From the NCBI GenBank assembly GCA_016748015.1, contig JAAOMT010000436.1, positions 2,063,071 through 2,127,070 on the forward strand: 64,000 nt of DNA, written 5' to 3'. The notes under the pieces were generated by a model. That model was not told the DNA's origin. It did no database searches and saw only the letters and a list, made by a program, of their open reading frames with translations. Each line of letters starts with the position of its first letter. Positions within the stretch are counted from its first letter, which is position 1. Positions 1 through 12,467 of this stretch are shown in pieces. This DNA is from Geosiphon pyriformis uo1 (lineage: Eukaryota > Fungi > Glomeromycota). The position numbers and the translations under genes are program-made.

Positions 1-1051
1 CTTGTCAAAAAAGAGAAAGAACAAGACCCAATGAACCATTAAGACCAATCAAAGTGGGACAATCATTTGACCATATTGGAATTGATTTAGTCAGACCATT
101 GACAATTACCAGCAGAGGTAACAGATATATCACAGTAGCCATGGACTATCTTATTAAATAGCCAGAAGCCAAAGCAATTCAAAAGCAGATGCAGAATCCA
201 TTGTTAAATTTGTTTATCAAGATTTGATTTGTCGACATAGATGTTCAAAAGAACTATTATTAGACCAAGGAACCCATTTTGTAAATAGAACATTAGCAGA
301 ACTAAGCCAAAGATTCGGAATTAAGAGACCATTATCATCACTATACCATCCACAAACCAATGGATTAGTTGAAAGATTTAATAGAACATTGTATAAAGCA
401 ATAGCAAAATTCAGTCAAGAAAACCAGGATGAATGGGATTTGTTCATACCATTAGTATTATTTGCTTATCAGACAATGAAGCAAGACACCATACAAGCAA
501 CACTATTTGAATTGGTATACGGTAAAACAGCAATATTACCAGTGGAAATAAAGGTTAACACATATCCAACTAAACCAATAACAGAAAAAAATTTCCAGGA
601 AACATTGTTAAGAAGAACATATGACTTAATAGAAACATTGGAAAGCAAATGAAGAAAAGCAGCTGACAACATTCAAAAGTCACAAGAGAAACAGAAAGAA
701 AAACACAATAGTCAACTACCAGACAAACCAGTTAAATTCAAGATTGGAGACAAAATACTCTTACATCATACCAAAGCGGAAAAACAATGGAGTGGAAAAT
801 TTGATCCCAAATGGGATGGACCATTTCACATAGAAGAAATTCTAGGAAATGGAGCTTACAAATTAAGACTAAACAACAAAATCTTAACCAAAGCAGCACA
901 TGAAGATCAACTGAAACCATACCACAACATCACACCACCATCCACCAGTAATATTCCACAATTGGGAGTACAGAAGATACTAGTCCAACCAAATGAAATT
1001 CCACGAAATTTGGAACCAATCATTATCATTGACAACAACATGTTAAATTAA
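1..1051 (+). pseudogene. Integrase of element A (DDE core and GPY/F domain), disrupted
   Basis: ORF 224..652 plus flanking frames; nonsense codons such as tag for tgg and tga for cga; stop at 1049-1051. Confidence 0.9.
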
Positions 1052-1075
1052 TTCATCAAAAGAATATATAAAGAC

Positions 1076-1735
1076 ATAGTAGACACAACAAAAAATATCA
1101 GAAAAATGGAAATTACAGACAACATCTACTCACTAGCACAACAACTCTTTCAATTGATTCAACACCAAGAGATGGAAATTACAATTAATCAACAAACCAT
1201 CTGATATCAAGACACTAGAAAGACATCGCCACATAAAACACAGAAGAAAACAGAAAATACCATTGACAAAATCATTGTAAAAGTAAAATTAGCAATAAAA
1301 GAGTCAACAAAAGAGTTACCATATTAAGAGTTAACTAAAGAAACTTGGAATTGATGGATACAACAATTTCCAAGAAACTATTGTTATTTTTACTTGGGAC
1401 AACATGTAAATATCCAGAATTTATATACAGATAAGACAAAGTAATTATTTGACACAAAAATACTACAACAATTAGAACATTTTGTGGGAAAGAATAACTT
1501 ATCCACATAGGCCCAAATCATATACCAAATACACACAGCATTTTAGGATCAACCAGAAATCTTACTCAACAAAGCAATGAATACAGTTACCAGTAATCAA
1601 TTAGAAAAGATCACCAATGCTCAATTTGAAGAATTACAGACTCAAATAACACAAGTAATTTTTGAAAATGAAATTCAGGAAATACTTTAAGAAGAGAAAT
1701 TAACAGAGTTAGATTTTGACGGAGCTCAATATTAA
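1076..1735 (+). pseudogene. ORF3 of element A (unknown function), disrupted
   Basis: Homologous to ORF 32676..33191 of element C (EITDNIYSLAQQ, HVNIQNLYTDKTK); starts 24 bp after the integrase stop; TAA abuts the PPT. Confidence 0.8.
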
Positions 1736-1748
1736 AAGGAGGAAATAA

Positions 1749-2612
1749 TGTTACTCATAGAAATATAGAGAATATATATTAGCATAGTTATTAACTAATC
1801 AGAAGTAGACATAGTAAAATGTAGAATTCCAGGATTCCTCTCAGAAATTGCAGGATTCCAGAAATTACAGGATTCTTATAAGGAATCACAAGATTCCAGA
1901 ATTCCAGAATTCCAGAATTCCTCTCAAAGAAATTGCAGAATTTCAGGAATCTCAGGATTTCTGTTGTGAAGAATTGAAGAATTGAGAAATTGAGAAATCT
2001 TAATTATGTATATATAGCAGTAAGATTAGAAGCTAAAAAAACAAACCTCCCAGTTTAGATTTCATCTAGACAACCTTTCAAACACAATAAATAACTATTT
2101 GATATTTCAAACCTAATTCTACTATCAACATGAAGTGTTGATAGTAATTGATACTTAAACACACTGGAACAATAACTCTTGATCATGGCTATTGACAGGA
2201 TATTAACTTGCAAAACCACCTTGGCTTATTCATTATTTTCTTTTATTTCTTTTCTTTATTTTTATTTTGTGATTTTATTGTTGTGCACTAATTGGTTGAA
2301 TAAAGCACTAGATTACTGATGTCAAAAATTGCCTGGTAAAAGACCCCTGTGAGAGGATAGGACACATACAGAAGATACAGAATACTTACCAGAGAATTGC
2401 TGGCCATCACGCTAAGAGAAAAATTGACAGAATTGCGATTCTGGGAAGCTACAGATAAAACAACTATTGAATCTCTATCCATTATACAAAAAACTCAAAC
2501 TAAAACCTTCAGATATAAAACCTTCAGATTATTAACATTAACGCAAATAACTTTTAGCACCAAGTTACGGGTTTGTTATTTGATTTGAGACTCCAAGAAA
2601 TAACTCGTAACA
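1749..2612 (+). repeat. 3' LTR of element A (864 bp)
   Basis: Starts tgttactcatag right after the PPT and ends ctcgtaaca; gaattccagga repeats; TATA-like tatatatagcag. Confidence 0.92.
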
Positions 2613-3115
2613 GCATATTTAGAACCACTCTTTCAATATATCTGAGAAACCAGCAGTTTTGCCATCAGACAGATAAGAAATTACACCAAACAGTTCATCA
2701 AAACCAATCAAACACATAATACTAGAAAAAACTTCATCAAAAACATATTTCAAAGGCTGATATTGACAGCTCTAATCTCCAGAGACATTATCAATTACTC
2801 AACACTTCTTAGTTCAATCCTCCATGATCACATTCACTTTAGACTTAACCAAATTGGGTTCCAGAATCAGTTCATCATCAACTACTAAATGATCAAGCAC
2901 CACTTTGCGAAATAGATGCTCCAGCATGCTTCTGATTGTATGGCCTTTATTCACCTTGAAACTTTCTATTCTCTTATTTATAGCAGACCTGATGTTTGCC
3001 TCCTTAGCCCTCAGAAACTCAGCAAGCTTGGATGCATGATAAGACTTTCTAGCCACAAAAAGAGCAGAACAAACACTAAGAGAGCCAGTATCAGAGTCCA
3101 CTATATTTTGTATGA
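2613..3115 (-). mobile_element. LINE-1 ORF2 fragment (between endonuclease and RT), cut by elements A and B
   Basis: Translation FRKVVLDHLVVDDEL..EP matches ORF 53662..54300; rejoins the 13397 segment as ...RTSV|IQNIVDSD once B is removed. Confidence 0.9.
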
Positions 3116-4044
3116 TGTTATTCATAGAATAGAAGAAGTATATTATTATTAGCAAGTAGAGATTAGCCAATCAGAAGTAGATGTAGTAAATGTGGAATTC
3201 CAGAATTCCTCTCAGAGGAATTGCAGGATTCCAGGAATTTCAGAATTTTCTGGCGAGAAATCACAGGATTCTAGAATTCCAGGATTCTTCTCATCAGGAA
3301 TCACAGAATTCCAGGAATCCCAGGATTCCTGTTGCAAGAAATTGAAAAATTGAGGAATCTTAAATATGTATATATAGCAGTAGCATTAGAAGCAGAAAAA
3401 ACAGAATTGACACCAAGAATCCTTAGCTTAGTTACCACAATTCTCAAATAAATAATTATTTGCTATATCAAATTCATTCTTTACTATCAACATGAAGTGT
3501 TGATAGTAACTGATACTTAACCATACTGGAACAAAAGTTCTTGATTGTGGCTATTAATGGGATACTAACTTGCAAATTGCCTTGGCTTATTTTTTATTTT
3601 TTCTTTTATCTTTTCTGTATTTTCTTTGTTGTCTACTAACTTGATTAAAGGATTTACTCTTGGAGAACTTATGGAGGAATAAAACTTACTTTAAACAATA
3701 CTTACTCTTGGAAAACTTATGGAAGAATAAACTTGCTTAAACAATACTTACTCTTGGAGGACTTACAGAGGAACTGACCTCAGAAAACAGTACTAATATA
3801 CACTTATAGAGGATATTATACTAGGAGAATCATCAACCATCAAGCTGAACCAGCAATTGATGAAACTACAGTTTCAGAAAACTACTGATAAACTGTTACC
3901 ATTGAATCTCTGTTTATTATACAAAGAACTCGATTAGAAAACCTTTAGATAAAATATCTTCTGATTATCATCAGCACTAATCGCTTTGAGCACCAAGTTA
4001 TGGGTTTGTTATTCACTTGACACCCTAAAGAATCACTTGTAACA
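3116..4044 (+). repeat. 5' LTR of element B
   Basis: tgtta...gtaaca; direct repeat of 12468..13396. Confidence 0.95.
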
Positions 4045-4046
4045 TT

Positions 4047-4063
4047 TGATGCTCTCTGTGAGG
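4047..4063 (+). promoter_or_regulatory. Primer binding site, probably elongator tRNA-Met
   Basis: tg(a)tgctctctgtgagg 2 nt after the LTR; intact TGGTGCTCTCTGTGAGG in C is complementary to ...CCUCACAGAGAGCACCA, resembling eukaryotic elongator tRNA-Met 3' ends. Confidence 0.75.
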
Positions 4064-4103
4064 TATAATCTTACAGAGAACCAGCACCAACACAAATCTA
4101 AAA

Positions 4104-7100
4104 GTGGCAGAATCAGAAAACATAGGAGCCAACCACTTAAGATTCACAAAATTCTTGTTTCAATAATACAACCAACAATTAGAATTAAACAGTAATCACT
4201 ACCCAGCCGAATCAGCCTTCAACTATTACGTCAACAATAAAATCACAGACTGTTTAGGAGGAACTATTAATATCGAGTCAGCAAGAGAAAATTTCTATAC
4301 AGAATTATTTCAACACACCAGCTTATCAAGAAATCACAGTTTTGCCCCAATCATCAGGGAAATCAATCAAACCATTGAAAGATACATGCAACAACAATTT
4401 CCCATTACCTATGCAGACAAAAATAAAGGAAGAATACAAATACCAGCAGCAACACCAAAAGAAATACAGTTACCTAGTTGGAAGAAACACAGAGTAGAAT
4501 CACCAACCATTCCATTATATTACTACACACCTGAAAGTGCTATCAACATTTTATTAGCAGACATGTCCACATCAAATGCAACATTAACATTTGGAAGATT
4601 TTAGTTCCAAAGCAAACAATGGAAAGAAAACTTACTGTGTGTATTTTAAAGGATTTAAATCATGATCCCCAATGCCATTAGGAATTCAATTACTACCACT
4701 CCAACCAGATTTCAGAGCTGCTACTCCGTAGAAATTATCAGAGGAAGAAGAGGAAGGAAGTGAAGATCAAAAATTTACTTACCAAAACCCGATCCTAGAA
4801 AACCCGGAAATTGAAACTCCGAACTTTCAAACCCAGCCAAATTTGGACAATCAGGAAAACAACACTCTGAATATTCAAACCCCACCAAATCAGGATAATC
4901 AAAACCCCGATTTAATAAATCAACAAAACTTACCTCCAGTAATTGTCATCAATCAACCACCAATTAATCTAATAGCCAAACCTGTACAACAGCCACTTCA
5001 ACTATCACCCCAACAATCTGTGCAACAACAACTATTTCAACAGCCATCACAACAACTAAACATAAACCAAATGGTCTACACACCCATTGCAAAGTTAGAA
5101 AACTTTACTGGTGAAGAAGATGATGCTCAAACATGGATCAATAATATCTCCAAGGCCATTATAGCAAACAATTGGGATGACACCAGAGTCCTATAAACAA
5201 TACCATACTTTTTCAAAGAAACCACCAATTCTTGGTACTAAAGTTTAGCCGCTAGACTACAAACATTCCAACAATTCAAAACTGTCTTTCTGGGATATTT
5301 TAGCAACAATAACAGTATTAATTATCTAGCCAATACTTTTACCACAATCAAACAGAATAATACTGAAGCAGTCACAACATACCTAGAATGCTTTCATAGA
5401 GTCTTATGCCAAATTTAAGCCATTAACACCATGTATTTCACAGAACCCCAGATTTTCAACCAGTTTATTTGTGGCCTGTGCAGTAGCATCTTGTAACATG
5501 TACACCCATTACACCCAGCCAACCTTCAAGCCCCAGTCACACATGCCAGAGATTTTGAATCAGCTAAACTAGAAGCCAACTATGCTCAAGCTGTAAATTT
5601 AGTAATAAATAGATTATCTAATTTGGATTCCAAATTGAAGCAAATCAGTGATACCATCAATCAGAAAATCAAGGGATACTTAGCTAATAATCATTAGTCC
5701 ATTTATCAACCTCCCCAAAGATGCAGTAATCAGGGAAACACCAATTATTTCCAAAATCAAGCATGTCTATTATTGTTAAATAATCAACTGTGGCAGCAAA
5801 AAACCTGTGTTTGCCACAACTGTAGTAAACAAGGTCACATAAGAGCCAACTGCAATGCTTATAACTGATGATTGAGAAATCAACATCAAAACCCCAATTC
5901 CCGATTCCAAACCCAAAATCAATATCAAAATCAAGATCAATACCAAAACACTTATCTGCCAATGACGCAGCAACCAATTTATTAAGCACCAGTATATCAG
6001 ATCCCAGTTTATCAACTGCAGCCACCAGCAATATATTAACTGCAGCCATTCGTAATATATTAACCACAGCCACAAGTAATCTATCAACCTTAAACCATTC
6101 AAACACTGCCCTAAAACTTACTTCAATATGGAACCCAAAGACTGAGAATGACACAACAAAACTGGAAATCAGTGATAGTTGTCTACCAACTGATCCCCAG
6201 TTCTTCTAACCCACTATCAGGATCGCATTCTTAGAATTCGGATACCAATGTTACCCAAAACCTGAATTCTTAGAACTATTTAAGTCTTCTGGTTACCCTA
6301 AAAGACGCCATCACCAACAATTTGGGATCCAACCAACAATAAGCACTTACCAATAACATTCCACCAACAACTGTTACCAACAATGAATTGCTTGCGGCCA
6401 TTTTTCTCTTTGACTTGGAAGAAACAATTGAAATCCTATTGTTTAGTGGAGCAGCTCTTAAAGAGAAGCCAATCACTGCCATGTATATGGATGCCAAAAT
6501 CAATGGCCATGTCATCAAACTGATCTTAGATAGTGAATTAGCTGGCAGCATCATAACAAAGCAACTCATGGATTAATTAGGTCGCTGAGTTGACTGAACT
6601 GCCAGTGCAAGGATCATTACAGTTGATGGAGTAACCAAAACTCCAATAGGCAAAATAGACAACCTACCTATCAAAATTAACAGCATCATAATATCCATCA
6701 AAGTCCTTGTGATGGAAGCCATTCAGTACTAAGCTTTTGTTGAAAATGATTGACTATCCAAAACAAATGCCATACTCGATTGGACAATGCAAGAGCTCCA
6801 ACTGAGCCAAAATGGTTAACATACTCGGGCACCAACAGTATGTGGCCACTTTAAACCAACCAACTCGCAGCCACTGATCAAATTTGAGGAAGAAGCAAAA
6901 AAACCAATATAAGAAGCATATCAGGTTTTATGGGCCAACATCGACCACAAAAAACTGCTGCTTATACTGGCCTAGGACAAATATGACCATAGAAAAGGAA
7001 AGCAGAAAGAAGAACATACCTGGGAAACCACTATCAACACTTGGAACAAAGATGACGAAAGTGAATTCACACCGACAACCAGCTGGAAAGAAAAAGAAAA

Positions 7101-10100
7101 AGACAAGTCATCTAAACAAACCACCAACACACTTCAAGTAACCAGTGGCTGGACAAGTTCGTACTCTGTCTATAAACCACTGCCACAACCACCACACATA
7201 CTGCTCAAATACAAAGATTGTGGGAAGAAACATTTTTCCATGAGAGCTTAGGTCATGCCAGACGAAAATTACTGGATGCAAATCCACTATTATTGCAAGT
7301 CTTGCCACTGTGAATGGTATGGCTACCCAAAAAAACAAGACAAGTGGGACAACAAACCATGTCTCGCTTGTGGCAAACAGTTGCTCAACAAAGAAATGTG
7401 GAACGACATTCCTAATTGAAAAGAAACATATGACATTTCATGCCAGTACACAATTTTCATCAGTGACTGGGTGAGTTGTGGCACACCAATAACTGCTGCT
7501 TGGCACCGAGCAATCTCTCACCTGGATGGATATTTACATGATGAAGACGAGATCTGGCAGATGGCAAACGCCAAAGTAGAAGGTGCCATGTCTAGTGAAA
7601 TCTTGAAAATCAAGAACAATCCTCCAGAACCAGTTAAAATTATCCTAGTCCCAAACCCAGATGCTTTTTTTGACATTAAGACCAACTCAGAAAACTTCCA
7701 CAAACATTATCAAAATTTAGCACCAACCAGAGAGGAACAGGAAGAGCGGTTAGCACAGCTAAACACTTGATTATGTGACCACTGTTTGATTCCATGTAAC
7801 TTTTAATATTGTAATGAGTGTGACTTCATTTACAATCCACCAATCCACATGATCTACACAATCCCAAAGGAAGAGAAACCAATCAGCAGCTGCACATCAG
7901 AATCAGAATCACCATTCAATCCCGATTCAAACTCCAACAACAATGATGACAAAAATACCAGTTCCAGCTCCGTTCAAATTGGTAATAACAATGATGATGA
8001 TTCCAACTCAGATTCAAACTCCAATCCAAAATATGAACAATACATTGCACTGCCAGACCTCTCCAAAAAACAGGAGTTGAAATGGTATAGTAACAATAAT
8101 GAAAGTATCATGCCAGAATGTGTACACGATACTGATGCTGGATTTAATCTGAGGTATTCAGGAAAAGATGTTATCAAATTGAAACCACATTTATGCACCT
8201 GCATTGATTTGAAAATAGCACTGGAAATTCTAGCAACAACAATAGTTCAACTAACATCTAGGAGTAGTTTAGCAAAAAAAGGAATTAATATAAGAGGAGG
8301 AATAATTAATACAGGATATATAGAAAATATCATTGCTATGCTACAAAATAACTCTGAAAAGGCCTATATCATAGAGCCAAACAAAAAGATAGCACAGGCA
8401 ATATTCCTGCCTCTGGTGAAAATAGCTCAGTTAGTATCAGTGGGAAATAGGGAGGAATTAGGGATAACAGCAAGAGAAATACAGGGATTTGGATTAATAG
8501 GTAGAATAGATGTACCAGTCAATATAACAGAAGAAAAAATTGTTGACTAAGGAGAAATTATCTCAATGGGTCAAGCAATTTCCATTCCACCATATGGCCA
8601 GTACATGGTAGGAATAAAGTGGGAAGTAAAAAAACAGAATCAGATTTTTGAAGCAGAAACAACTCTTTGTGAATTAGGAGAGATTGGACTCATCAATCTC
8701 TATATACCAGCCAAAGATTACAGCCACATCAAAATTCCCATCTATAATAACACAGGAAATGTCATAGTAATACCAGCTGGAACCACCATTGGATACTTAA
8801 ATACTGAAATAGAGGATCAATTACCAAGCACTATTCCAGACTTTCCACAGCTTTGTGAATATGTTGATATTACATCACAAACAATATACAGATGAAGCAA
8901 ATGTTATTTGCTCCAACCAGAGCAATTGGAACAAATGAACATAGAAAACTTAGATCCATTCCAACGTATGCAGCTCAAGATGTTGCTCAACAATTTCAAT
9001 AATATCTTTGCCAGCAAAAACAAGTTTGGCCGAATTGACATCATCTAGTATCAGATCAAAACTGGAGATGCAATGCCAATTAAACAAAGAGCATACAGAA
9101 TACCACCAGCTAGCCATAAGATCATTTGTCAAGAGATAAACCAAATGCTTAACAACAGGCTAATTCAACCATCAATGAGCCCATGATTATCACCTGTGGT
9201 ACTTGTCCAAAAGAAGAATGGAAAAATCTGATTTTGTGTGGACTACAGGAAACTCAATGATGTAACTTATGGAGACAGCTATCCAACTCCAAGAATACAA
9301 GAATTATTTGATGCTTTCGGCAAAAACAAATGATTCTCAACATTAGACTTGAACAGTGGTTACTGGCAAGTAGCCATGGATCCAGCCAACAAAGAGAAAA
9401 TGGCATTTACCACAAGAGAAAGGAATTTTGAATTTAAAGTAATGCCCTTTGGCTTAACCAACACCCCAGCCACTTTCCAATGGCTAATGGAAAATGTTTA
9501 TACTGGCTTATTGTAGAAATCAGTAGTTGTATACTTGGACAACACCAATGTATTCTCAAAAACATTTAATGATCATCTTCATCATCTTCAACAAGTGTTC
9601 GAAAAGCTAAGAAGAGCAGAACTAAAGTTAAATGCAACAAAGTGCTTCTTTGGCAAGACAGAACTAAAATTCTTGGAACACATAGTCAGCAAAGATGGCA
9701 TCAAAACAGATCCAGAGAAAATAGAGATAGTAAAGAACTTTCTAGTACCAACCAATGTGACTGAATTGAAATCATTCTTGGGATTCGCAAGCTATTATCG
9801 ACACTTTATAAAAAACTTTTCAAAGATAGCTCAACTGCTCAATAATCTGCAAACCAAGAATACAAAATATGAATGGACAGAAAGTCAACAAGAAGCTTTT
9901 GATATTTTAAAAAAAAAGCTCATTCAAGCTCCAGTACTGATCTACTCAGATCACAACAAACCATTCATCATTACCACCAATACATTAGGCCAAGCATTGG
10001 GAACAGTACTATCTCAGAAAGAACCAGACAGCAGAAAACATCCAGTAGCATATGCCAGCCGAGGTCTAATACCAGCCAAAAAGAACTATAGAACACCAGA

Positions 10101-10335
10101 ACTAGAACATTTAGCAATCTATTAGGCAGTCATGAAGTAGAATGAATACTTGAGCCAAAAGTTTGATATATACATGGATCATAAAGGGTTAACATCACTT
10201 CAAAAACAAGAATTTGATGACGGCCACCAATCCAGATGGAAAATGGTACTCTTATGATATACTTATACTATACACTATAAGAAAAGAAAAGACAATGGAA
10301 ATGCTGATGGTTTGTTGCAAATAAGACAAATCTAA
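4104..10335 (+). pseudogene. ORF1 of element B: Gag-protease-Cys-rich domain-dUTPase-RT-RNase H polyprotein, disrupted
   Basis: Zinc knuckle CHNCSKQGHIRANC (~5810-5853); protease LILDSE(G)..GS (~6520); RT FCVDYRKLN, MPFGLTN and YLDN (~9532); RNase H VAYASR...ELE.LA; many caa>taa and cga>tga stops. Confidence 0.92.
8110..8502 (+). pseudogene. dUTPase domain within ORF1 of element B
   Basis: Trimeric dUTPase motifs DAGFNL, RSSLA, GGIINTGY, KIAQ and REIQGFG. Confidence 0.9.
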
Positions 10336-10399
10336 GAACATCTTAAACCCAATAATATATAACAAAACCAGAACAATATCAACAAAAATATAACAAAAG

Positions 10400-11782
10400 A
10401 TGAACATACAAAAATATCAACAACTTCAACATTATATAAACACTCAACAGTTCAAGGAGAATTTATCTCAAATGGAACAAAAAAGTATCAAACAACAATC
10501 AAAATATTTTATCACTCACCAAAATATACTTTATTAGAAAAATAGAAGAGATCTAGATCAACCAACCAGAGTAATTACAGAGCCAAAAAAAGAGACAATA
10601 TTATTCAACATGTACTCAAATCTAACAACAGAACACTTTTACAAAGAAGTAACCATGGAAAGAACCAGAAAAAGATACTATTAGCCATCAATATATTCAG
10701 ACATCATCCAATATGTTCAAAATTGTGATGCTTGTCAGTGAAGAGAAGGAACAAAACCCAGTGAACCATTAAGACCAATCAAAGTGGGACAACTATTTGA
10801 CTGTATTGGAATTGATTTAGTCAGACCATTAACAATTACCAGTAGAGGAAACAGATACATAGCAGTAGCCATAGACTATCCTACTAAATGGCCAGAGGCA
10901 AAAGCAATTTAAAGAGTGGATGCAGAATTCATTGCCAAATTCATTCATCAGGATTTGATTTGTCGACATGAATGTCCAAAAGAATTATTATCAGACCAAG
11001 GAACTCATTTTGTGAACAGAACATTAACAAAATTGAGCCAAAGATTCGGAATTAAGAGACCATTATCATTACCATACCATTCACAAACCAACAGATTAGT
11101 CAAAAGATTCAACAGAACATTGTGTAAAGCAATAGCTAAGCTCAGCCAAAAAAACCAGAACAATTGGAATTTGTTGATACCATCAGTACTATTTGTTTAT
11201 CAGACAATGAAACAAGATACTACACAAGCAACACCATTTGAATTAGTATATGGTAGAACAGCAATACTACCAATGGAAATAGAAGTCAGCACATACCCAA
11301 CCAAACCAATAACAAAAGAGAATTTTAAAAACATATTGTTGAGAAGAACATATGACTTAATAGAAACATTAAAAAACAAACAACGAAGAGCAGCTGATAA
11401 TATACAAAGATTACAAGAAAAACAAAAAGAAAGACATAATAACCAACTACCAGATAAACCAGTTGAATTCAAGATTGGAGACAAAGTACTACTATATTAT
11501 ACCAAAACAGAAAAACAATGGAGTAGAAAATTTGACCCCAAATGAGATAGACCATTTCACATAGAAAAAATTTTAGGAAATGGAGCTTATAAATTAAAAT
11601 TGAATAACAAAATTTTGACCAAAGCAGCACATGGAAATTGACTGAAACTATATCACCATATAGCATTATTATCCACCAGTAATATTCCACAACTGGGAGT
11701 ACAGAGAATACTAGTCTAACCAGATGAAATTCCACAAGATCTGAAACCAATTATTATTATTGATAGCAACACATCTAATTGA
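10400..11782 (+). pseudogene. Integrase ORF of element B (own ATG, separate frame), disrupted
   Basis: ATG at 10400; HHCC region (..EHF...CDAC), GIDLV, SDQGTHF and a GPY/F-like tail; no chromodomain. Confidence 0.85.
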
Positions 11783-11806
11783 TTGACAGAAAGAATATAT
11801 AAAGAC

Positions 11807-12454
11807 ATGGTCAACATGATAGAAAAATGCAGAAAAATGGAACATCCATTCATTAGCACAACAAATCTTTCAATTAATTCAACACCAGGAGATAGAAATT
11901 ACAATCAATCAACAAACCATTTGATACAAAAGTACTGCAAGAATATTACAACACAAAGTACAGAGAAAACTCAAAAATGTTGTTGACAAGATTATGACCA
12001 AGGTAAAATTGGCCATGAAAGAACAACAAATAGTCAGATTACACCAAAAACTTACTGGAGAAACTTGGACTTGGTGGACACAACAATTTCCAAAAACTAT
12101 TGTCATTTTTATTTGAGACAACATGTAAATATCCAGAATTTGTACACTGACAAAACAAAACAGTTATTCAACACAACAATACTGAGACAACTGAAACAAT
12201 TTGTGGGAAAGAACAATCTAACCACACAAGCTCGAGCCATTTACCAGCTATATATGAAATTTTAAGACCAACCAGAAATCTTACTCAACACAACAATAGA
12301 TACAGTTATGAGTAATCAATTGGGGAAAATAACCAACACCCAATTTGAAGAACTACAAACTCAAATAACACAAGTAATACTCAAAAAAAAAGTTCAAGAA
12401 ATAATTCAAGAGGGGGAATTAAAAGAGTTAGATTTCGACAAAGCTTAATATTAA
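11807..12454 (+). pseudogene. ORF3 of element B, unknown function, disrupted
   Basis: ATG 24 bp after the integrase stop; homologous to ORF3 of A and C; ends at the PPT. Confidence 0.8.
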
Positions 12455-12467
12455 AAGGAGAGAATAA

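Larger units (their letters stand above)
1..2612 (+). mobile_element. Ty3/gypsy LTR retrotransposon A, 3' part (integrase C-half, ORF3, PPT, 3' LTR); 5' part lies outside the window
   Basis: Integrase motifs DQGTHF, YHPQTNGLVERFNRTL and PKWDGPF; PPT aaaaggaggaaataa; LTR tgttac...gtaaca; co-linear with elements B and C. Confidence 0.95.

Noticed and set aside
2397-2588. Small ORFs inside LTRs (also 41616..41807, 54995..55256)
   Set aside because: Starts and stops are not conserved between LTR copies
9532-9543. YLDN or FVDN instead of YxDD in all four visible RTs, as a novel catalytic motif
   Set aside because: GAC>AAC and GAT>AAT are the expected G>A changes, and every copy is otherwise riddled with them
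11807-12454. ORF3 as env or chromodomain
   Set aside because: No signal peptide, TM helix, furin site or chromodomain pattern is visible
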